DNA of 51,822 nt, filler included, from Sphacelaria rigidula (taxonomy: Eukaryota): assembly GCA_964200075.2 (NCBI GenBank). It is 3 parts of 3 records of this genome, joined end to end, with 100 filler letters (N's around TTAATTAATTAA, not from the genome) between each part and the next. Parts side by side here need not be neighbours in the genome. Positions count along the whole stretch, not along the records: positions 34,618 to 51,822 come from CAXNAA020001143.1; 2 more parts are not named here. The stretch is one strand, 5' to 3'. Shown here piece after piece: positions 46,616-51,822 of this stretch. A program made the translations under genes and the position numbers. The notes under the pieces were generated by a model. It did not search any database and was not told the DNA's origin. It was given only the letters and a program-made list of their open reading frames with translations. Numbering within the stretch: position 1 is the stretch's first letter; each line of letters opens with the position of its first letter.

Positions 46616-49229
46616 CTCCGGCTTAGAGGACGAGGTAGGCCCGCGCGGGGTAGGGGTCAATGATCTGGTTTGCTGCAACCTTCGGCTGGAGCGATCTCTC
46701 TCCGGGGCACTTTTGGGCGACATGGGGCGGCCGCCGACTATTTCACGATCCTCCCCACAACCGGACATGGCACTAGATTACTCTAGCACCCTGTTATCCC
46801 CGTCCTGGTTCGAGTACAACCCCGCGCTCCGAGCGTCGGCGCGCGCTCTAGTGGCGGCGCTGCGTGCTGATCCTAGAGTGACCGTTGACCTATTTCGGGC
46901 TGTACTAGGGAATCTAAATGAAAGTATTGCTGTGCAGATGGCTTGCACAACGATAAAATGCACGAAGATGATAAGATGCACAAAGGTGACTACAGTGCAG
47001 TACCACGCAGGGGGCTCATGTAAAGGAACCCTCACTGCCTTCAAAGGATGTCTCCTCTGCTTTCTGCAGGTGGCTCTGCGCGGTGCGGCTGTACCACTAC
47101 AGCCAAAACTGTCCAGGATAAACGATGTCCGTTGCGCGCTTGCTCAGCATGGATCGCGGTTCGGTCATGTTTTAAATATGAATGCGTAACCTACGGGTCA
47201 TTATTGAAAGAGAAAATAAACATATTGTCATCATTATCCAAGATCTCGTTCCTGGCGCGTGGCCTGCTCTGTGCGGGTTTCTCTTTCCTGTTTTTGTTTT
47301 CGCTGTCTGGTTGTTTTTATCTCACGTTCACCTTGTACGAAGATCCGCCAGGTGTGTACGAAATCGCTGGGAAGCCGAGAACTGACAGGTGTTAACGTGA
47401 AATGTACATTGGCTCAGAGTCGGGTCGTCTGTGGTCGATTTCCCACCAGTTTGCTCTTGTTCAACACCCATGAAAGTATTCACAGTTCAACTCTGTCACC
47501 AAGATGTGGGTCATACGAGGCCGATGAATTTCTTAGGGCCAAGGAGACATACCCAACCGTGCGAGATCCACCCCGCTAATGCTGAACGGCCGCTAATGCA
47601 GAGAAGCAAGCTCAACAAGCAGGAGTTAAGAAACGACTTTCCCATCCAGAGCTACAAGGTAGGGCAAACCAAACCCCTGAGCGAACAGCCCGTGCTGTTC
47701 TGTACTGCCGTGTACTATACCGCAGTGTGTGTTGTACCGCATGTTGTCATTTATTTAGACCGTCCAGGTAATCCGCAACCCCCCTCCCCCGCTCCGCGAT
47801 TCTCAGCGTCAATATTTGCGTACGTACTCTTCTACACCGCTCCTGTACTCCACGATCCAGGGTCGCCCAATTACATTGAATAGAACCGACATATAACGAA
47901 GAGTTAGATTCATATGATCAAGGACGTCTTCCGCGCCGAAGTGCGAAGGCCTGCTCCCGCGAGCGAGGGCGCTGCCCAACGACACCCGCCTGTCGCTGTC
48001 GAGTGGGAGCACAACCGGCGCCTATGCGCTGCCGTTATGGATGGGCAGCTTCACCTACTCCGAAGGCTTTTGGTAGAAGAGGGCCATGATCCCAATGCTC
48101 GCGATGAGAACGGCAACACTGTAGGACATCAGGTGATTACTTCATGATGTCGTATTTATCGTGGCTGTGCTTGGCTCGACAACAAGCTTGTGGCTTGTCA
48201 GGCGGAGATACAGTATTTATATTTTTGCTGGGGCCACTTAGATTACCGGTCGGTCGTCGACTTTCTCACCTTTGGCGTTAGACAGACGTCTTGACGTGTC
48301 GCGAGTGATGCTACGGTAGGGGCACACAAATATCTTCTGAGGCTAGAGTTGTTAGGAACCCTTCATCTCATCTATAAGACGACTATTTATGAAAATGTGG
48401 GAGAGTACGCCAGGATTACTATTTCAATGTGCCCGGGATATCCCGAATGAATTTGCAAACGGGGATGCCCTCACCAATATTCTTGTCCATCTAGCATCGT
48501 TGGGAGACCCTGAACCAGACAAGATTTTGCGCAAAAAGTGCACCCCTAACGTAGCATTTCTCTCGCGTGCTATGAAACACTCAGCACGCCGGCTGGGCAG
48601 GGAAGCGACGGCCCAGCAAGCCGGAGTATGGTTTGGTTATACCCGAAGCATATGTTTCGTTTCCAACGCCATAGTATACCTCATACGATAAATGTATGGC
48701 ACACGTGCTTTGATAGAACCCCAGTTAGGTAAAGCTTTGGGTACCCTAAGCATAATAGCCTCGACAACGGCGTACTGGCAGCCTCGTAGAGAGCATGTTT
48801 GTGTGTACGAGGGTGATCACGACGTCGACGCTACGAAGAAATAAGCAACAACACGTCACATCACAGAAAAAAATCAGCATCCCCCTGAATATACACAAAA
48901 TTGAGACAGAAAAATTGCGACGGTAATGCTTCTCAGCCCAAGACACTTGGGCATCTAAACGAGTACACCGAAATACTGGTATGCAGAGCAAATTATCTTT
49001 TATTTCGCGCAGGCGGCCACCGACGACGACCACGACGCCCTCGGGCTGCTCCTGTGTCACGGTTGGAACGTCGACGCGGTAAACAACGACGGAGACACCG
49101 CCTTACACTTGGCATCAAAGCACGGCGCGGCAAAGGCGGCTAACGCTCTGGCGGACGGGTTTCCGGACGACAACATCCGAAACCGTCGAGGATTCACGGC
49201 TCTGGATGAAGCCACGAGAGTGGCGACTG
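46616..49229 (+). CDS. Gene B: multi-exon ankyrin-repeat protein (5' exons and 3' end uncertain)
   Basis: Supported exons 47504-47658, 47908-48132 (LCAAVMDGQLHLLRRLLVEEGHDPNARDENGNTVGHQ) and 49013-49229 (AATDDDHDALGLLLCHGWNVDAVNNDGDTALHLASKHGAAKAANALADG...NIRNRRGFTALDEA) join in phase. Probable upstream exons end at 46985 and start at 47070. The last exon may read through to the stop at 49465. Confidence 0.78.
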
Positions 49230-49606
49230 GTGAGCTCGACGGGATGCATTATCGATACGTAACCTGCCTCATTGTCATCAGGATGTATAACGCCGTTTTA
49301 CCGCCGCGGCAACGCGTATCTTGGACTCACACTCATTCAAGCCTCATGTCCTCCGCGAGGTCCTGGAAGTCGCCTTGTGTAATGCTTCATGTACGTCGTA
49401 CCCGATATAGGGAGGACCATCACCATTTGTATCGATCAATACTTGGATTATTGGATTCTCAGTAAGATACTGGACTTTCGGTCTTGAGAACCTAGCATGC
49501 GCGGACATGCGCGTATTAAAGCAGATAGCTGTGATCTTGCCGCTGCTGCCGTCGTGAAGACGAAACCGATGGGAAAAATTACACGGGGATACGATTCTGT
49601 TCGAGA

Positions 49607-49972
49607 TTATATTGATTGCATATAGTAGTATTTGCTGTAAACACCACGACCTCGAAGCAAGAAAGATGCAAGCACACCAATGGACTCGGTAGACTGAAAT
49701 TTATGACCGCCCCCCCCCTCGCCGTACGCGGCCTCCCGCCGCCAGAGCAGATTTTCCTTCATTTGGGCACCCCAAAAGAATGTACCATATCTGATGCCTA
49801 GGTTGATACGTGCTACGTCTCTGTACACAATGCCGTGCTCTCCATCCATTGAGCAATAATCAATCAAGATGATGATCAACATCTGACTGACGATCCCTTC
49901 GTGGTCAGCAGTATAGGCGTTGATCACGTACTGAGTTGAGAACCACTCGGCCTTCTCGAACACGTTCCTCAC
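49607..49972 (-). CDS. Probable 3' exon of a third, convergent gene (unknown product)
   Basis: Acceptor aaacaaacAG then open frame VRNVFEKAEWFSTQYVINAYTADHEGIVSQ... with coding-like codons at the start. Upstream exons would lie beyond the LINE or outside the window. Confidence 0.4.
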   Translation of the reverse strand: MRNVFEKAEWFSTQYVINAYTADHEGIVSQMLIIILIDYCSMDGEHGIVYRDVARINLGIRYGTFFWGAQMKENLLWRREAAYGEGGGGHKFQSTESIGVLASFLLRGRGVYSKYYYMQSI

Positions 49973-50136
49973 CTGTTTGTTTTTGTCTCCTCCTATTCGC
50001 GATCGACCCTTTCAGAAATAGTGACAGGATCACTGCATCCATGATTTTCCCCAAGGGGTTCCGTGAAACAGAAAACTGGCATGGAGGCCTCTGAAACTGA
50101 TTGATATTTGGAGGGTGAATCTTCTGAGGGGGGGGA

Positions 50137-51454
50137 GGTACTCATTTGTTGCTCCCCTTAGTCGTTTGGCCATTGACCACGCATCCCTTTCGAAACGAAG
50201 CACCGTCCCTACTCCTCCTAATGGAGACACCTGCTACATTTCGGTGATCATCACGTTTCTTCCGTACGTTTCACAACCCCCCCTACATACCCTATCCCCT
50301 TTCAAATTCGCCTTCTGTGGCCACCATCTATCTCCTAGTACAGCCTTTGTTTATTTCGCTACTGTCTACATGTAATGCATCAAACGATTTCATGCTACTT
50401 TCATTTACTTCTCGCATTTCCCCCTCCAACACCTCCCGTTCCTCCTTGTATAGTTCACATTCTGTCACTATATAATTTCTACTATATATTGCTTCCCCAC
50501 GAGTCCACTCGGCTACTGGTATATCTCCTCTTTATTCTGGCAGGTCCAGATCCCCCACCCGAAATCGCAGTTCAATTTTCGACGCGTCCATCGAGTCATG
50601 CAAATATCCTTTCATCCCCATCCCCTCTCCCAACCCCCCGTATATCTCTAGGTGTTCTTCCTCGTCTGCTTTACGTCTGAGTGTCCCTTCTCCCCTTTCT
50701 TTGCATCATGTCTCTTACTTTTGTCTTGTACCCGCACCTTCACCTATGGACAATATTTCGTCTTGGTTTCCTCCCATCTCCTTCCATATTCCCTCGACAC
50801 CTCGATCCCACCTTATTCCAGCCAGCCTCTTCGTTATTTTCTCCCGTACAGCCCTATCAACTATGGTTGATAATCTCTTTCTGTGCATGTTCTTTACGCT
50901 ATATTGTCATCGCAATTTCCTCATGTGTCTGTTCGTTTTGAGTGGTTATATTCCCAACTCTGCTCTCAACGCTGTACTACTCGTCGATTTCGAGCACCCA
51001 AGTATCTTCTTAGCTGCTGCAATCTGTACTGTTTCCAACTTCTTCACCAACTTCACGTTCCCCTCCCATACTTCTCCTATATATTCTAGCTTCAGTACAA
51101 CCGCATTCATCAGGATACATATTTTAATTCTAGTATCCACGTGCGAGTCTCTGAGGATCACGTCGATCCTGCCTATCTGTGCCTTACCCTTTTACACTGC
51201 TTTATTTACGCGTGCATCCCAAGAACAGTTTTTTTCACATATTTACGCCAAGCTATGTATACTGGTCCATGGTCGGCAATTCCTCTTCTCCCCACTTCCA
51301 TTTGAACTCTATCGGGTTTTTCTTGTCTTCGTTACATACAAGTACAGCGCATTCGTTTACGTTTGCCATCGCTCTCCATTTCCTAGTGTACTTTAGCACC
51401 TTCTTTATTCTCTTCCGCAATCCTTCTGGTGTTTCTGATACCCCCACGACATCT
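50137..51454 (-). mobile_element. 5'-truncated non-LTR retrotransposon (LINE family G): RT C-terminus to ORF2 stop, pseudogenised
   Basis: Starts in the (YAD)D motif: DVVGVSETPEGLRKRIKKVLKYTRKWRAMANVNECAVLV...YT*LGV...LEYIGEVWEG...LETVQIAAAKKILGCSKSTSSTALRAELGI; knuckle remnant YIVTECELY; ends LGDRWWPQ...GVSIRRSRDGASFRKGCVVNGQTTKGSNK* (stop 50142-50144) then C-run. Confidence 0.9.
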
Positions 51455-51780
51455 GGAGGAGGGGAGGGGCGGAGAATTTGGGAAGGAGGAGGAGGGAAGG
51501 CGGAATCCAGCGAATACTTGCCCGCCCCCAAGTGCCCCTACCGTAGCATCACTCGCCTATGGCCACGCACATGTGAATTACCGCAGGTACGAGTCAGTGC
51601 AAGTCTTGTATCACAGAGTTCACCACGTATGGGAAGCCGGCAGCAATGGAAATCCACGCCAGGGCCGAGCAAGATCGGTTTGAAAAACTCATCAGGAACA
51701 AGGTGTGTGGGCAAGGATACAAGAGAAGGACTTTTTGCGGTAGCCGACCTGCATCAAACGCTTTCCCCCTCCCCCGCCGC

Positions 51781-51822
51781 ATGCTCCGTCTCGAAAGGGA
51801 TGCGTGGTCAATGGTCAAATGA
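51781..51822 (+). mobile_element. LINE family G 3' tip, cut by the window end
   Basis: ccccctcccccgccgc|atgctccgtctcgaaagggatgcgtggtcaatggtcaaatga. Confidence 0.75.

Noticed and set aside
50701-51396. 231-aa hydrophobic plus-strand ORF resembling a membrane protein
   Set aside because: Antisense of the purine-rich LINE ORF2.

Overview
Eukaryotic, intron-rich, repeat-rich genomic DNA. Exon/intron style and the TE repertoire suggest a brown alga or related stramenopile (inference, not proven). Two 100-nt assembly spacers (44N-TTAATTAATTAA-44N at 17211-17310 and 34518-34617) split the window into three contigs. Contig 1 (1-17210) is mostly decayed transposons: a minus-strand Gypsy-type LTR element with LTR, PBS, protease and integrase but no RT/RNaseH, a 2.3-kb TIR element with a nested palindromic MITE, further foldback MITEs, and a Copia-like gag remnant. 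Contigs 2-3 carry a long minus-strand gene with 11 exons reconstructed by splice-phase matching (45056 to 18663; phase breaks only across the second gap). It encodes low-complexity regions, a RhoGEF-type DH C-terminal helix plus PH domain, a ~720-aa disordered linker and a C-terminal acyl-CoA-binding (ACBP) domain, and needs one GC-AG intron. A divergent plus-strand ankyrin-repeat gene and a probable exon of a third, convergent gene follow. Introns are packed with MITEs and tRNA-derived SINEs. The most striking signal is a LINE family whose ORF2 stop is followed by only ~6 nt and then a C-run rather than poly(A); about nine 5'-truncated copies occur, nearly all embedded in G/C-rich tracts, suggesting poly(G/C)-targeted retrotransposition. 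Most six-frame ORFs are shadow or spurious ORFs.
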